Positions 15,911 to 16,081 of a DNA stretch of 16,081 nt are shown piece after piece (within the stretch, counting starts at the first letter, position 1; every line of letters begins with the position of its first letter). The DNA lies in the NCBI GenBank assembly GCA_043821645.1, contig JBDRCO010000116.1, positions 1 to 16,081 on the forward strand, read 5' to 3'. Position numbers and translations under genes: made by a program. Under the pieces are notes generated by a model. It saw only the letters and a list, made by a program, of their open reading frames with translations. It searched no databases and was not told the origin of the DNA. The DNA comes from Pseudomonadota bacterium. Lineage in GTDB: Bacteria > Myxococcota > JACRCW01 > JAFGSX01.

Positions 15911-16081
15911 TTGACTGCACTCGAACTTTTTGGCGCCGTGCTCCTGCTCATCCCGTCGACAGCGGCGGGTGTGGCTTTGCTCGTGCTCGTCCTTGCCGTG
16001 ACCGGGCTTGCGCTGGGTCTGGGTATGCCCCTGCGCACCCAGCTGGATGAAGCCAGTCGACACCTGGCCGATCGTGCCGCC
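15911..16081 (+). CDS. Partial hypothetical membrane protein (runs off right edge)
   Basis: TTG at 15911, 8 nt after GAGGGGG. Open to the window end: MTALELFGAVLLLIPSTAAGVALLVLVLAVTGLALGLGMPLRTQLDEASRHLADRAA, with a strongly hydrophobic N-terminus. Confidence 0.6.
   Translation, partial: MTALELFGAVLLLIPSTAAGVALLVLVLAVTGLALGLGMPLRTQLDEASRHLADRAA

Noticed and set aside
13826..16063. 745-aa minus-strand ORF
   Set aside because: Antisense shadow of the VIT/vWA gene and the downstream ORF.
1..16081. tRNA (e.g. a metY-like tRNA before rimP), rRNA, CRISPR array, IS or integrase
   Set aside because: I saw no cloverleaf with a T-loop GTTCRA in intergenic DNA, no regularly spaced repeats and no transposase or recombinase motifs. 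This was by eye; tRNAscan-SE/Infernal would be decisive.

Overview
This is a GC-rich bacterial chromosomal window. Gene content and order suggest a Myxococcota/Deltaproteobacteria-like host (inference). Positions 857-9534 hold the conserved translation/ribosome-biogenesis operon rimP-nusA-ylxR/L7Ae fusion-infB-DUF503(ylxP)-rbfA-nrnA(DHH/DHHA1)-truB. It is preceded by a candidate sigma70 promoter, an attenuator-like leader terminator and a perfect 19-bp palindrome. The usual rpsO-pnp continuation is absent. Instead there is accessory content: (i) a convergent membrane-anchored protein with a GspG/pseudopilin-like C-terminal motif; (ii) a stand-alone RRM RNA-binding protein with a long structured 5' leader and a strong terminator; (iii) a ~1363-aa membrane-anchored FecR-like/VIT/vWA/TPR protein behind a candidate ECF-sigma promoter, followed by the start of a hydrophobic ORF. 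A partial Cys-rich, lipoprotein-like ORF runs off the left edge on the minus strand. I saw no RNA genes, CRISPR arrays or mobile elements. The best candidate for an undescribed system is the ECF-promoter plus FecR-VIT-vWA-TPR module. All domain calls come from motif recognition by eye, not from database searches.
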